Sequence record: PV700625
Length of the DNA: 64,000 nucleotides
Strand: one strand, 5' to 3'
Source of the DNA: Escherichia phage MET-P1-301
Each line of letters begins with the position of its first letter. The first letter of the stretch is position 1. Below the pieces are notes generated by a model that was not told the DNA's origin, made no database searches, and worked only from the letters and a program-made list of their open reading frames with translations. Below, in pieces: positions 40,337 through 51,371 of the stretch. A program made the position numbers and the translations under genes.

Positions 40337-40546
40337 ATGAGCCACCGTGGAAGAACCCATGCAGCAATGATGAAAGGTGCTTCAAAGGAAACTATCAAGA
40401 ATCGTAAGCAGAAGTTGTTTGAGAGAATAAACAGGTTGATTGACAATTCATCTCTTTCAGGTTCTGAGAAGGTTTTCTTGAAAGGTAATCTGAAAAGCAT
40501 TGCACAAGAGCTTGTAGATATTGAATATTGGAGACATCAAAAATGA
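40337..40546 (+). CDS. hypothetical protein (69 aa)
   Basis: ORF. Confidence 0.4.
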   Translation: MSHRGRTHAAMMKGASKETIKNRKQKLFERINRLIDNSSLSGSEKVFLKGNLKSIAQELVDIEYWRHQK

Positions 40547-40761
40547 CACTTGCAGACGTTATTCAGCAACTTCATGATAACTGCTACACTCCAGAGTTAA
40601 TTCAGGAGATGTCCATTGTAGTCATGCCTAGCAAGTTCGTAAAAACCTTTAACAACGACGCTTTAAGGTCTACACACATCCTTATCGTTGACGGTAAGAT
40701 TGCAAAAGACCGTACAGGTGTTCTTAAGGGTGAACGTATTGATATTCTGGAGTTGCTATGA
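40528..40761 (+). CDS. hypothetical protein (77 aa)
   Basis: ORF. Confidence 0.4.
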   Translation: METSKMTLADVIQQLHDNCYTPELIQEMSIVVMPSKFVKTFNNDALRSTHILIVDGKIAKDRTGVLKGERIDILELL

Positions 40762-40893
40762 AGAAGATGTACAGTCTCTGGGGAAGGGTTGGTAAAGGTT
40801 TTGACTGGACACTTCTTCGTTCAAACGTTAAACGTAGTGAATTACCAGAACTCATCACTCACTATTTAAAAACATACAGAGAGGTAGACTATC

Positions 40894-41151
40894 GTGAACA
40901 ATAAGGTTAAGAGTTGTGTGAAAGCAATGGTTGCACTTGGAGTAATTTTTCTGGCTGGCTGCAACCCATCTTATGAAAACAAAGATGCTTCTTACAGCCT
41001 CCCTCCAGAGATGCAAGACTGCAAAATCTACAAACTCAATGGTGATGCTATAAGCAGAGATATTGTTGTTGTCAGATGCCCAAACTCTCAAACAACAACA
41101 TCTTATAGCTATGGCAAAAATGGTCAATCACATACCACGGTTATTGAGTGA
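40894..41151 (+). CDS. small lipoprotein (85 aa)
   Basis: Signal peptide with lipobox (VIFLAGC). Confidence 0.45.
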   Translation: MNNKVKSCVKAMVALGVIFLAGCNPSYENKDASYSLPPEMQDCKIYKLNGDAISRDIVVVRCPNSQTTTSYSYGKNGQSHTTVIE

Positions 41152-41161
41152 GGTTTTTACG

Positions 41162-41368
41162 ATGGAAGTATTAGTAAACTATATCTATCGTTATGATGTT
41201 GTTCACTCCACTACAACTGTAGCTCAACGAAATCCAATAGTTCCACGAGAAGGTGAGCTTGTTCGCATTGATGGTTGGACTTACACTGTGGAAAGCATCA
41301 TTCATAAGTTTGATGTTGCTGGTGATGTTCAAGTTATCGACGTGGAAATTGGTGGTAAGAGAAAATGA
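41162..41368 (+). CDS. hypothetical protein (start taken at the ATG at 41162)
   Basis: Track ORF 41063-41368 overlaps the lipoprotein; the internal ATG is non-overlapping. Confidence 0.35.
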   Translation: MEVLVNYIYRYDVVHSTTTVAQRNPIVPREGELVRIDGWTYTVESIIHKFDVAGDVQVIDVEIGGKRK

Positions 41369-41523
41369 AATCTAAGCAAACAATGACAGATGCAATCTTC
41401 ACAGTACACAGTTTCGAAAGGTTGCACATTAAAGATGTAAAAATACACCAAAATGCGTTGTACATTTCATTAAAAGACGTAGTGAGAGGTCTTATATAAA
41501 ATCTGACACAGGCGAGAGTACAA

Positions 41524-41742
41524 ATGGGTAAAGATAATAAATTTCAGAACGCAGTTCTTACAGAAGATGGTGAGCTTGAAACATTCATTCTTCGTGTTGA
41601 TGGTAAGTTATTCCGGTGTCGTTGTGGGTCAAACTGTTTCCATAAACCAGATAAAAACGACTTAGAGCTTTACGCATGTAATGCTTGCAACACTTGGTAT
41701 CACTCAGAGGTTAAAAATGACAATTCTGTACAAACAAAATAA
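41524..41742 (+). CDS. hypothetical Cys-rich zinc-ribbon protein (72 aa)
   Basis: CRCGSNC...CNACNTW. Confidence 0.4.
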   Translation: MGKDNKFQNAVLTEDGELETFILRVDGKLFRCRCGSNCFHKPDKNDLELYACNACNTWYHSEVKNDNSVQTK

Positions 41743-42817
41743 AGATGGTTCCTTCAACGTCTGGTCATGTGTTGCTGTAGGCGACAAAGTTATTACAACC
41801 TATGGTAAAGAAAATGGCAAGATGATGTTTGAAGAGTACACAGCAGAACCTAAAAACATCGGTAAAAAGAATGAGCGTAATGCTGAACAGCAAGCTCTCT
41901 TTGAAGTTGCTGCTAAGTATAAAAAGCAAGTTAACCGTAAAGGTTATGCTTACACAAAAGAGTCTGCACAGAATACTGAGAAGGTAGGTGTACAACTTGC
42001 TCATGATGCTGCAAAGGTTAGTCATGCAAAGTATCTGAAGTTCCCTGCTGATGCCCAACCAAAACTTGATGGTGTCCGTTGTAGAATTTCAAGAGATGCT
42101 GATTCAGTTAGTTTCACGGCTTATTCTCGTGAGAATACTGTTTACAACGTTCCAACAGAACTAATCCCAGATTTGCTTTTGTTGCTTAAATTACATCCAC
42201 AAGTTGAAGACTTTGATGGTGAGATTTATGCTCATGGTTGGGACTTAGAAGATATTGTATCTATGATTAAGAATGCTGACAATCCAGACCGTCACCTTCT
42301 TAAATTCTACTGGTATGATATCTGTGACAATTCAAAATCTTGGCCTGAGCGTCGTGAAGTTATTGATAACTCACCTATTGTTGAGCTTGGGGATACCTGT
42401 AGAGTTGTTCCTGTGCAGACTATCCGTGTAAATTCTTGGGAAGAGTTTGATGAAGCTCATGATAAGTGGGTTGAAGCTAAGTTTGAAGGTGCAATGTACC
42501 GCTCAATCTCTGAAGAATCTTTCTACGAGTGTGGTCACCGTTCATACTTCTTGATTAAGCACAAGAAGATGCACACTGAAGAGTTTAAAGTGACTGGTGT
42601 AAAGACCGATAAACGTGGTCATGGCAAGTTCGTTGTAGAGACTCTTCCTAACGTCTTTGTAGATGTCTCATGGAAGACCACTCATGAGAAGAAACAGTAT
42701 CTTGCTGAACACCCTGAAGAGTTTATCGGGAAGCCTTTAACGGTTCAGTTCCAGAAGATGACTCGTAAGGGGTCTTTGCAGTTCCCTGTCGGGCTAGTTA
42801 TTAGGGATTATGAATAG
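41681..42817 (+). CDS. ATP-dependent DNA ligase
   Basis: Adenylation motif I PKLDGVRC; ~370 aa. Alternative start at 41717. Confidence 0.8.
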   Translation: MLATLGITQRLKMTILYKQNKDGSFNVWSCVAVGDKVITTYGKENGKMMFEEYTAEPKNIGKKNERNAEQQALFEVAAKYKKQVNRKGYAYTKESAQNTEKVGVQLAHDAAKVSHAKYLKFPADAQPKLDGVRCRISRDADSVSFTAYSRENTVYNVPTELIPDLLLLLKLHPQVEDFDGEIYAHGWDLEDIVSMIKNADNPDRHLLKFYWYDICDNSKSWPERREVIDNSPIVELGDTCRVVPVQTIRVNSWEEFDEAHDKWVEAKFEGAMYRSISEESFYECGHRSYFLIKHKKMHTEEFKVTGVKTDKRGHGKFVVETLPNVFVDVSWKTTHEKKQYLAEHPEEFIGKPLTVQFQKMTRKGSLQFPVGLVIRDYE

Positions 42818-43004
42818 TGAAAGAGAGATTATCAAGTTTACCAATCCGGGTAGCTGTTGTCCGGTTCATGATAAGTATCCTAGTAATACTTACAAGAATA
42901 GGCGCTCTATCAAGAAGAGGTCACTCTTTATTAAGAAAGAGCACAGGCATGTGAGGCGGGTTGTTAAGCAAAATCTTCATAAAACTTTATTAGAAAGTTG
43001 TTGA

Positions 43005-43994
<990 letters not shown>

Positions 43995-43996
43995 TT

Positions 43997-44437
43997 ATGA
44001 ATACAAAAGCATTAGCAGCAAAGTTTAGTTACGGTGACACTGTATCACACTCTGAGATGGATACCTTCTTAGGTATTGTGAAGCCAACTTATCAAGGTGA
44101 CATTGTTAAGTACGAAGATGAAATGAAGGCTTATGCACTTACACGTCTAAACCGACTTGAGAAGTTTATTGAGAAGCTTCTTAAAGAAGAGAAGATTTAT
44201 CTGGTTGCTTCAATGGGTGTTGGTTATCGTGTGGTTGAACCTAAGCATCAAGCAACTATTGCAAAACGTAAAATGTCTGGTAAGATTGGTCGTGCTTTAA
44301 AGCAAGCCACCCAAGCAATTGAGAATGTGAATACTATGGCACTTAGTCATCAAGAACGTTCACGACTGATTGAACAGCAAAACCATTTAGCTGCTATGAA
44401 AGCTAACATTAACAAGCAACGCAGAAAACCTTTCTAA
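43997..44437 (+). CDS. hypothetical protein (146 aa) inside repeat-bracketed cassette
   Basis: ORF; basic C-terminus. Confidence 0.45.
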   Translation: MNTKALAAKFSYGDTVSHSEMDTFLGIVKPTYQGDIVKYEDEMKAYALTRLNRLEKFIEKLLKEEKIYLVASMGVGYRVVEPKHQATIAKRKMSGKIGRALKQATQAIENVNTMALSHQERSRLIEQQNHLAAMKANINKQRRKPF

Positions 44438-44446
44438 GTTGACTAG

Positions 44447-44472
44447 GTAGCCTCTTCGGAGGCTCCTTTTTA
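44447..44472 (+). terminator. Intrinsic terminator
   Basis: AGCCTCttcgGAGGCT (UUCG tetraloop) followed by CCTTTTT. Confidence 0.7.
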
Positions 44473-44475
44473 AAA

Positions 44476-44800
44476 GGTCTTTAAGAGGGTCTTTTAATAA
44501 GGTGGGGTGGGGTGTGGTGAGGTTTGGTTTGGTGTAGTCAGGTAAGGTATGGGTAGTTAGTCTCAGCTACATTAAAATGAGACTTACCTTTTAAAAGGTC
44601 TTTAAGAGGGTCTTTTAATAAGGTGCTGTATGGTGGGGTAAGGTAGGGTTAGGCGAGGTCAGGTGAGGTTTGGTATGGAAGGATGGCAGTAGCCTTATAA
44701 AAATCTGCCAAATAAGCTATAAAATCTGTTGACAAGTCAGGTGTTATAGCTTATTTTTATACCCAATGTAATACAAAATTTAATATAACTTTGAGGTCAT
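44476..44800. repeat. Second copy of the G/T-rich tracts plus ~80-bp conserved unit (44550-44630), followed by a promoter-like TTGACA
   Basis: Same unit as 43146-43226 with a partial third copy at 44468-44505; TTGACA-N17-TATTTT precedes the next gene. Confidence 0.6.
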
Positions 44801-44801
44801 T

Positions 44802-45185
44802 ATGAAAAAGATTTTATTAGCTGCTGCAATGGTTATGGCAATGAATTCACCAGTCAATGCAACAGAACTCCCAAATGTGGACTTATCAGGTGTTTCAGAA
44901 GACACTTGCCAGATTGTAAAAGGCGTTGCCCTAGCTAATGGTGAGTTACTTAAACCCATCTCTGAAGAGTCTTTGACAGAGATGACTGATAAGGTGACTG
45001 ACTACCAGTATCGTGTTCTTGCAGAGTATTTCCTGCAATCTGCAAACATTAAAGAGAAACACCATGACGATATTGATGTACAGGCTATGCTCAACCACCG
45101 TATCCAGTTTAAAGAAGATTTGATGCAAAAAGCTATGTATGGTGTTGAGTATTTCTTAGAAAACAGAAGCTGCACAGGTATTTGA
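44802..45185 (+). CDS. hypothetical secreted protein (127 aa)
   Basis: N-terminal signal peptide MKKILLAAAMVMAMNSPVNA. Confidence 0.45.
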   Translation: MKKILLAAAMVMAMNSPVNATELPNVDLSGVSEDTCQIVKGVALANGELLKPISEESLTEMTDKVTDYQYRVLAEYFLQSANIKEKHHDDIDVQAMLNHRIQFKEDLMQKAMYGVEYFLENRSCTGI

Positions 45186-45186
45186 T

Positions 45187-45399
45187 ATGGCTCTTAAAAA
45201 GTTACATCCCAGAAGCGGTTATGGTAAGATAATTGACGATACAGACGGCTTTACAGTCTTTACAGTCATCTGTCAAGATGATTCACAGATTGAAAAGGCT
45301 CTTGATGATTATCTTAACGATGAACGTGAAAAGGTTAGGGCTACAAACATTGATTCATTGATTGACACTTCACGCAAACGGAAGAAGAAAGATGAATGA
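45187..45399 (+). CDS. hypothetical protein (70 aa)
   Basis: ORF. Confidence 0.4.
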   Translation: MALKKLHPRSGYGKIIDDTDGFTVFTVICQDDSQIEKALDDYLNDEREKVRATNIDSLIDTSRKRKKKDE

Positions 45400-45691
45400 A
45401 GCTTTTGACCCTTATGCCCCACAAGATGATTGGGAGGCTGATAGAGAGGCTGAAATGGAGAGTTATATTTGTCCAATGGATGTAGACGAAATGAGAGATT
45501 TCGTTGCACATCGTTTTAAGAGAGAGATTAAATCCAGAGGTCTTTCTCAAGAGCAAGTTGCTAAAATTTGTGGTATCTCTCAAGCTCGTGTATCCAACAT
45601 AATCCACCTCACTGGGAATGTTTCCCTTGAGTATATGTTGGAAGTATGTGAAAAATTTGGTGTTAATTTTAATTTAAGGTTGGCAGATTAA
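45362..45691 (+). CDS. HTH (XRE/Cro-like) DNA-binding protein
   Basis: Helix-turn-helix LSQEQVAKICGISQARVSNI. Alternative start at 45392. Confidence 0.55.
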   Translation: MTLHANGRRKMNEAFDPYAPQDDWEADREAEMESYICPMDVDEMRDFVAHRFKREIKSRGLSQEQVAKICGISQARVSNIIHLTGNVSLEYMLEVCEKFGVNFNLRLAD

Positions 45692-45692
45692 T

Positions 45693-46052
45693 ATGAAACG
45701 TGAAAACATTATCCACTCTGAAAACTTCGCATTAGGCTTTTACGGTGTTCCTACTCACCTTGAAAAGTATTATGGTGTGAAGATTCTCTCCAATCTCATT
45801 ATGGCTTACAAAGATGGTAAGATTAAGCATACTGAGAAGAAACGTGTCATGGGCTATATGGCTGTAGGTTCAGCAATCTCGAACATTAAGCTGGAAACAA
45901 CTAGCAGTCAGATTGTGAAAGACCACTTCATTAAAGAGCTTTACCAGAATCTTGATGGTGTAGATGTTCAGGCTGTTTGGTTGGATGTTGATGGTCACAA
46001 CTACACGAGTTTTGTTTTCAAAAACGATGACATTAAGTGTCTATTCCCATAA
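45693..46052 (+). CDS. hypothetical protein (119 aa)
   Basis: ORF. Confidence 0.4.
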   Translation: MKRENIIHSENFALGFYGVPTHLEKYYGVKILSNLIMAYKDGKIKHTEKKRVMGYMAVGSAISNIKLETTSSQIVKDHFIKELYQNLDGVDVQAVWLDVDGHNYTSFVFKNDDIKCLFP

Positions 46053-46127
46053 TAGGTGATTAACTATGATTGATGTCTACTTACAAGATGCTCATGCAGA
46101 TTTCCTTAAAGAGATGCTTAAAAGTTT

Positions 46128-46580
46128 ATGGCTTCACAGTATGAGAATGAAGCATCTTTTAAAATAGTTACATGTGGCGACGAAGCTGGTTTTGTTGAGA
46201 TTGAACATGAAGGTACTGGAAAGACTGTTTGTAAGCTCCCTGATAGTATGTTCTCTAGTGCATTCTTAACAAAGACTAGTATAAATGTTAAGCTTGTACC
46301 GCAGATTGAAACATATTCTGGTACAGATTATCCTAAAGGTTTTAAGTCATTGATGAAGTACTTCTTAGATGACTTTGTAGGTAATCTTCTGAGGGAGGTA
46401 AAAGAAAGTCGTACAGTGTTAACTGTAGAGAACATGGGAGGAACTATAAAGGTTACTTCTGACTGTTTTGTGATGAGCCTCTTCGACTTCGTTCCTAAGA
46501 ACTTTGAGGGTATTCTGGATGAAGAAGATGACTGTGTAGACTTTATATTGGTTCTTGAACCAGTTTTTGAGGTTAAATAA
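46128..46580 (+). CDS. hypothetical protein (150 aa)
   Basis: ORF. Confidence 0.4.
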   Translation: MASQYENEASFKIVTCGDEAGFVEIEHEGTGKTVCKLPDSMFSSAFLTKTSINVKLVPQIETYSGTDYPKGFKSLMKYFLDDFVGNLLREVKESRTVLTVENMGGTIKVTSDCFVMSLFDFVPKNFEGILDEEDDCVDFILVLEPVFEVK

Positions 46581-46841
46581 ATGAAAATTGAACACTGCTA
46601 TGAGTCTGATGGAACACCTATCCGATGTCCACATTGTGGATGTACAGACTTGCAAGGTGAGGTAAGTGAGATAGTCAACGGTCATATCGCTGAAGAGAGT
46701 ACAAGGTGTACAGGGTGTAATGAAATCATTGCTTTCTGGGCTTATGGTTCATACCAACCTGCACCACACTTAATCTACCATAGCAATAAAGCTGTGAAGA
46801 ATGTTATCAACTGGTTCATTAAGAAAGGATTTACAAAATGA
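46581..46841 (+). CDS. hypothetical zinc-ribbon protein (86 aa)
   Basis: CPHCGC...CTGCN. Confidence 0.4.
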   Translation: MKIEHCYESDGTPIRCPHCGCTDLQGEVSEIVNGHIAEESTRCTGCNEIIAFWAYGSYQPAPHLIYHSNKAVKNVINWFIKKGFTK

Positions 46842-47383
46842 TTAAATTAATCTTTGCAAGTGGTGAAAATGGGGAGTTTGGTACTCCAACTGGTATGCCG
46901 TGGCCTCGACATAAACAGGATATGCAAGAGTTTAAGAGACTCACTAAAAACAACTTAGTAGTAATGGGGAATGAGACTTTCAAGACTCTGGGTAGTAAAC
47001 CTTTACCAGAACGTGCAAACCTCATCTTAACAAATTCTGTACCATACTTAGGCATAGACTTTGGCAAAGATGAGGTAATGTATGCTAAGGCTAGTAAAGA
47101 GTCCTTTGGAGCATTTTTGAAGTATCTTGATAGCTCTATTGATGAAGATGTCTTTGTAATTGGTGGTGCAGGTGTTCTTGTCGATGCTTTGCCGTATGCT
47201 GGTGTAGTTTTCCATACAGTTTTCCATAAAGTTACTGAAGAGGCCACTGTGTATTTACCTTTTGAAAACTTCTTTGAGAAGCTGTATGATAACCGTGTAT
47301 TTACAAAGGTACAGTCAAAACCATCAGAGGATGGTAAAGCCACCTTTGAAATTTATGTTCCACAAGTAAAAGGGCACTTTTGA
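46838..47383 (+). CDS. folA: Dihydrofolate reductase
   Basis: N-terminus IFASGENGEFGTPTGMPW and LVVMGNETFK resemble DHFR; sits directly upstream of thyA. Confidence 0.75.
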   Translation: MIKLIFASGENGEFGTPTGMPWPRHKQDMQEFKRLTKNNLVVMGNETFKTLGSKPLPERANLILTNSVPYLGIDFGKDEVMYAKASKESFGAFLKYLDSSIDEDVFVIGGAGVLVDALPYAGVVFHTVFHKVTEEATVYLPFENFFEKLYDNRVFTKVQSKPSEDGKATFEIYVPQVKGHF

Positions 47384-47384
47384 T

Positions 47385-48283
47385 ATGTCACAAGCAGATA
47401 CAAGTTACAAAAATATCCTGAACCATGTTTTATCAGTCGGTGAACTGCGTACTACACGAACTGGAGATGTTATCTCTGCATTTGCTCCACCTAAGTTTCG
47501 TTTTGATATGCGAACTGGTTTCCCGCTCTTAACATCTAAACAGGTGTTTACACGGCAAGTTATTGGGGAAGCTTTATGGTTCCTGAACGGTGAGAATAAG
47601 CTTGGTGAACTCCGTTACCGTACTTGGGGTGAAAATGATGGGGAACGCTGGACTATCTGGTCAGATGATTTTAAACGCTGGTTAAGTTCTAATTATTCTT
47701 CTGAACAAGATTGGTTAGAAGATGCAGGTGGGAGAATCTATGGGGTTCAGTGGAGAAACTTTGAAGGTCATAATGGTTGTGTTGTAGACCAGCTAGATAC
47801 CTTAGTAACGAAGATGAAGGGTGATATCACAGACCGTTACATGCTTGTTAATGCTTGGAATGCAGCAGATATTGCAGCAAACTCAATGGCTTTAGCACCT
47901 TGTCATGTTCTGTTTCAGATTTATATCACTAATGAGGGTGAAGTTGACTTACAGTGGTATCAACGTTCAGTAGACACCTTTTAGGACTTCCGTTTAATAT
48001 TGCGTCTTATGGTTTCATCTTAGAAGTTCTTTGTAAGATGACTGGATACACTCCACGGTACTTGATAGGTGTCTTTGGGGATACCCAGATTTATCAGAAC
48101 CATATGAAGCAGGTTTATGAACTGATGAACAATGAAGAGTTCCATGCACCTACTTTTGAGATTGGTGTACCACTTAACACACTAAGTGACCTAAAACACC
48201 TTACTGCAAGTGATTTTATTGGTGGCATTTACAACTACCAACATGCAGGAAAGATTGAAGCACCTCTGTCAGTAGGTAAGTAA
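47385..48283 (+). CDS. thyA: Thymidylate synthase, interrupted by a single-base frameshift in a T4 run at ~47975-47984
   Basis: ThyA blocks LAPCHVLFQ and, in the next frame, LGLPFNIASYG; restoring one T gives ...QRSVDTFLGLPFNIASY... Confidence 0.85.
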
Positions 48284-48325
48284 AAACAAAAAGGCTCCTT
48301 TTACGGGAGCCTTAAAATTTTATTT
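48280..48325. terminator. Bidirectional intrinsic terminator at a convergent gene junction
   Basis: AAGGCTCC-loop-GGAGCCTT hairpin with T runs on both strands, between thyA and the leftward late operon. Confidence 0.65.
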
Positions 48326-48691
48326 TTCAGTATTCTTTGTGTTCTTTTCAGTAATAGCTTGCAAGGCTGATACTGATTGGGCCAGATTGTTCACACTGTC
48401 AGAGAATTTATCAAGAGTTTTGGTAAGTTTCGCATTCTCACCCTTAACATTCTCTAACTGGACTTTCTGGTTCTCCATCCCTAGCTGAATCAGTCTCATG
48501 TCAGACTGTAAATCACGAATAGCTGAATAGTTACTTTTGGAATAATTATCTAGCTGCTGTAACTTTGTTGTGACAGACACTTCTTGCTTACCACTTGAAA
48601 CTTGCATAGTGGTATACATCCCGATAACACTAAAAATACCAACTACAATTGCACCAATATTATTTTTAAAAGCTTCCTCTAGCCACTTCAT
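48320..48691 (-). CDS. membrane-anchored coiled-coil protein (123 aa)
   Basis: N-terminal transmembrane helix then coiled-coil-like region; last gene of the tail-fibre operon. Function open. Confidence 0.4.
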   Translation of the reverse strand: MKWLEEAFKNNIGAIVVGIFSVIGMYTTMQVSSGKQEVSVTTKLQQLDNYSKSNYSAIRDLQSDMRLIQLGMENQKVQLENVKGENAKLTKTLDKFSDSVNNLAQSVSALQAITEKNTKNTEK

Positions 48692-48964
48692 TTATTTCTC
48701 CCCCTTAAAAGCTTTTTCTAAGTTATCTACGAACTCATCATCAATAGGTGTGTCTGTTTTACTCGCAAGGTATCTTGCAAGCTTAAAGAACACTTTCTCA
48801 ATCATGTATTCACTCAGAAGGGATAAAATGAGTTTCCAGAAGAAGCTACCTAGATTTTTAGAAGAATTGCTAGGATTGTAGGCATTTAATCACCTCATCA
48901 GCCAAGATGGTGAGAATACCAATAAAGAATATTAACACCATCTTAACAATCAGTCAACAAGGGA

Positions 48965-51325
48965 TTAAGCAGTTCTTACCCAAGCCATTAACTTATAGAA
49001 CTGGTTAGTAACACTAAATGCTGAACCAGAACCAGTACCACCTGTGTTACCACTAACTGTGTGGCTGTGAGCACCAATACCAACAGTGTGGCTGTGGTTA
49101 CCTGTTGTATTCGTTACACCAGACCAGTTTCTTGATGCGTTGAAGTTGACAGGGATACCATTAGTAAAGTTGTTACCAGTATACCCTTTAGAACCTGCCT
49201 GACTACCGAGGTAGAATGCACCACTTGCTGTGTAGAAGCTACTAGCGTCACTTCTGAAGTAACCAAATGAACCAGTAATCTCCATAGTACCTCTGTTGTG
49301 GTTGTGGTTACCAGTTGTGCTAGAGGTCTTAGTACCATAGTCAAATGATGAAGTGGTAGCAGAGAAACTGTGTGTATGTGAAGGTAAGTTACCAACAGAT
49401 AACGTTACAGAGTCTGAACCACCAGTTGTAGCAACATCTGAACCGTTTGCTGCTGCAATTCTAATAGTTCTACCAACACCATTGTTCAGGTACGTCCAAG
49501 TTAGACCAGGAAGTGCTGTATTAGGGTTAACATTACTGTTAAACCACGTTACAATACCTACTGGATAGATTTTATTCAGGTCTGTAGAGTCACTTACTGC
49601 CTGTGCAATCCTCTGGTCAGTTTCAGCTTTAGTGTATGCACCGATATCTGAAGGTGTTGGTTTATCTTTGTCTGTATAGATTTTAGACCAAGCACTCTCA
49701 AAACCATAACCGTCTCTTGCTGACCTATACCAAAAACCACCATTGTTGTAGTTAAATTTTAGCTGAGCCGCTGGTGTAGAACTGCTACCCTGATACATAT
49801 GGTAGACCAGTTGTGTTGAACCACCAGATTTCCCTGTAACATTATACAGACCAGTTTTAGCATTCCAAGCAATGCCATCACTATCACCTACCTCTGTACC
49901 AGTGCCAGAAGAATAAGCAAGCATATACCTAGAGTTTGCGGTAGATTGCGTGTAATATCTAGCATCTAGGTTAGAGAAATCTGAAGGTTGAACTTGACCA
50001 GTGATTGCTAAAGTTGCATTCATTTCGAATGATGAACCAATGTTAAGCCCTTTACCTGTCTTGTAGTTATACAGGTTTAAGATGTCGCTGGCATCACCAT
50101 TCCCAACATACCACTTGCTAGTTCCATCAGCAGATTTACCTCTAATAAACAATGACGTTACAGTTTTTGCTTGTAACGCAAGGGCTTCGCCATCAGAGTT
50201 AATAATCTGCTGCGCAGAGAATGTGTTAACAGCATTAGTTCTTGCAATCGTACTTAATGTTGCTGCCGGAATATATCTAGAGTCAATGTTAGCCCAATCT
50301 GAAGGTTGGACTTGTCCAGTGATTTGCACAGTTTTATTGATACCAATAGTAGTACCTAGCGAAACCTGTGAACCTGCAAGGTAGTTATAAATATTTAGAC
50401 GTGTCTCGTCAGAATCTGTACCAACATACCATTTATTTGTTCCATCAGACTTCTTACCGAGAATGTAAAGTGCTGTACTTGCATCAGTATTCTGCAAAGT
50501 AATAGCATTAGCATTCTTCTTAGCAACAAGGTTAGTGAAAGTGTTAGCACCTGTAAAAGTGTTATTACCAGCTAACTGTGCAAATCTCTGATTAGCAACT
50601 GTCTGAGTAAAGTATCTAGCATCTAAGTTAGAGAAATCTGAAGGTTGAACTTGTCCAGTGATTGCTAAAGATTTATTAACAGAGATGTTGCTTGCAATAG
50701 TCAAGGCTGAATTGTATTTGTTATTATACAACTTCACTTCATCAGAGCCATTACTACCAATACCAACCCACCATCTAGCCGAACCATCTAGGTTTACACC
50801 TTCGATATATTGTGCATTATTTGCATTTTGGTTTCTAAGGCGAAGTAAGTTAGCATCACCTTGAATATTTTGAGTTCCAGAGAATGTGTTTGTGATAGCA
50901 ATTCTTGCGTATCTTGCATCATTCTCTTCATTAGTTCTCATACCAAGCTCATTAGGACTTGGCTTATTCAGAGTATGATAAACAGTTGCTGACCTTGAAG
51001 CATCTGCAATAGTTAGTTTAAGACCATTTGCGTTAATTTTAAAAGTCTTTAAAATATCCCCAATAGTAATCTCAGAAGAGCCTGTAGGGTCAAATACAGC
51101 CTTACCACCATAAAGTAACTTGACAATACCTAAATCCCCAGTCATAGTGCTTCCAGCAATCTGAACAAACCTTTCTAGTTTGAAGGAAGCTAAGAAGTCT
51201 TGATAGGTCATTCTACGGTCTTCATCACCCAACATTTCAGGTCTTTTCTTAACTCTGATGTGCAATAGGTCTTCTGAACGAATTGTGTCGATTGAGTTTA
51301 ACTGACTCAATTTGTAATCTGCCAT
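48965..51325 (-). CDS. Tail fibre protein (786 aa) with C-terminal His-x-His repeats
   Basis: Repetitive beta-rich sequence with NLDARY repeats; C-terminal HTHSFSATT, GNHNHNRG, GNHSHTVGIGAHSHTVSG recall T4 gp37-type tips. Confidence 0.7.
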   Translation of the reverse strand: MADYKLSQLNSIDTIRSEDLLHIRVKKRPEMLGDEDRRMTYQDFLASFKLERFVQIAGSTMTGDLGIVKLLYGGKAVFDPTGSSEITIGDILKTFKINANGLKLTIADASRSATVYHTLNKPSPNELGMRTNEENDARYARIAITNTFSGTQNIQGDANLLRLRNQNANNAQYIEGVNLDGSARWWVGIGSNGSDEVKLYNNKYNSALTIASNISVNKSLAITGQVQPSDFSNLDARYFTQTVANQRFAQLAGNNTFTGANTFTNLVAKKNANAITLQNTDASTALYILGKKSDGTNKWYVGTDSDETRLNIYNYLAGSQVSLGTTIGINKTVQITGQVQPSDWANIDSRYIPAATLSTIARTNAVNTFSAQQIINSDGEALALQAKTVTSLFIRGKSADGTSKWYVGNGDASDILNLYNYKTGKGLNIGSSFEMNATLAITGQVQPSDFSNLDARYYTQSTANSRYMLAYSSGTGTEVGDSDGIAWNAKTGLYNVTGKSGGSTQLVYHMYQGSSSTPAAQLKFNYNNGGFWYRSARDGYGFESAWSKIYTDKDKPTPSDIGAYTKAETDQRIAQAVSDSTDLNKIYPVGIVTWFNSNVNPNTALPGLTWTYLNNGVGRTIRIAAANGSDVATTGGSDSVTLSVGNLPSHTHSFSATTSSFDYGTKTSSTTGNHNHNRGTMEITGSFGYFRSDASSFYTASGAFYLGSQAGSKGYTGNNFTNGIPVNFNASRNWSGVTNTTGNHSHTVGIGAHSHTVSGNTGGTGSGSAFSVTNQFYKLMAWVRTA

Positions 51326-51371
51326 TATGAATTTTCCTCTTAAAAGGGGCTATAAAGCCCCTGTAAAGAAA

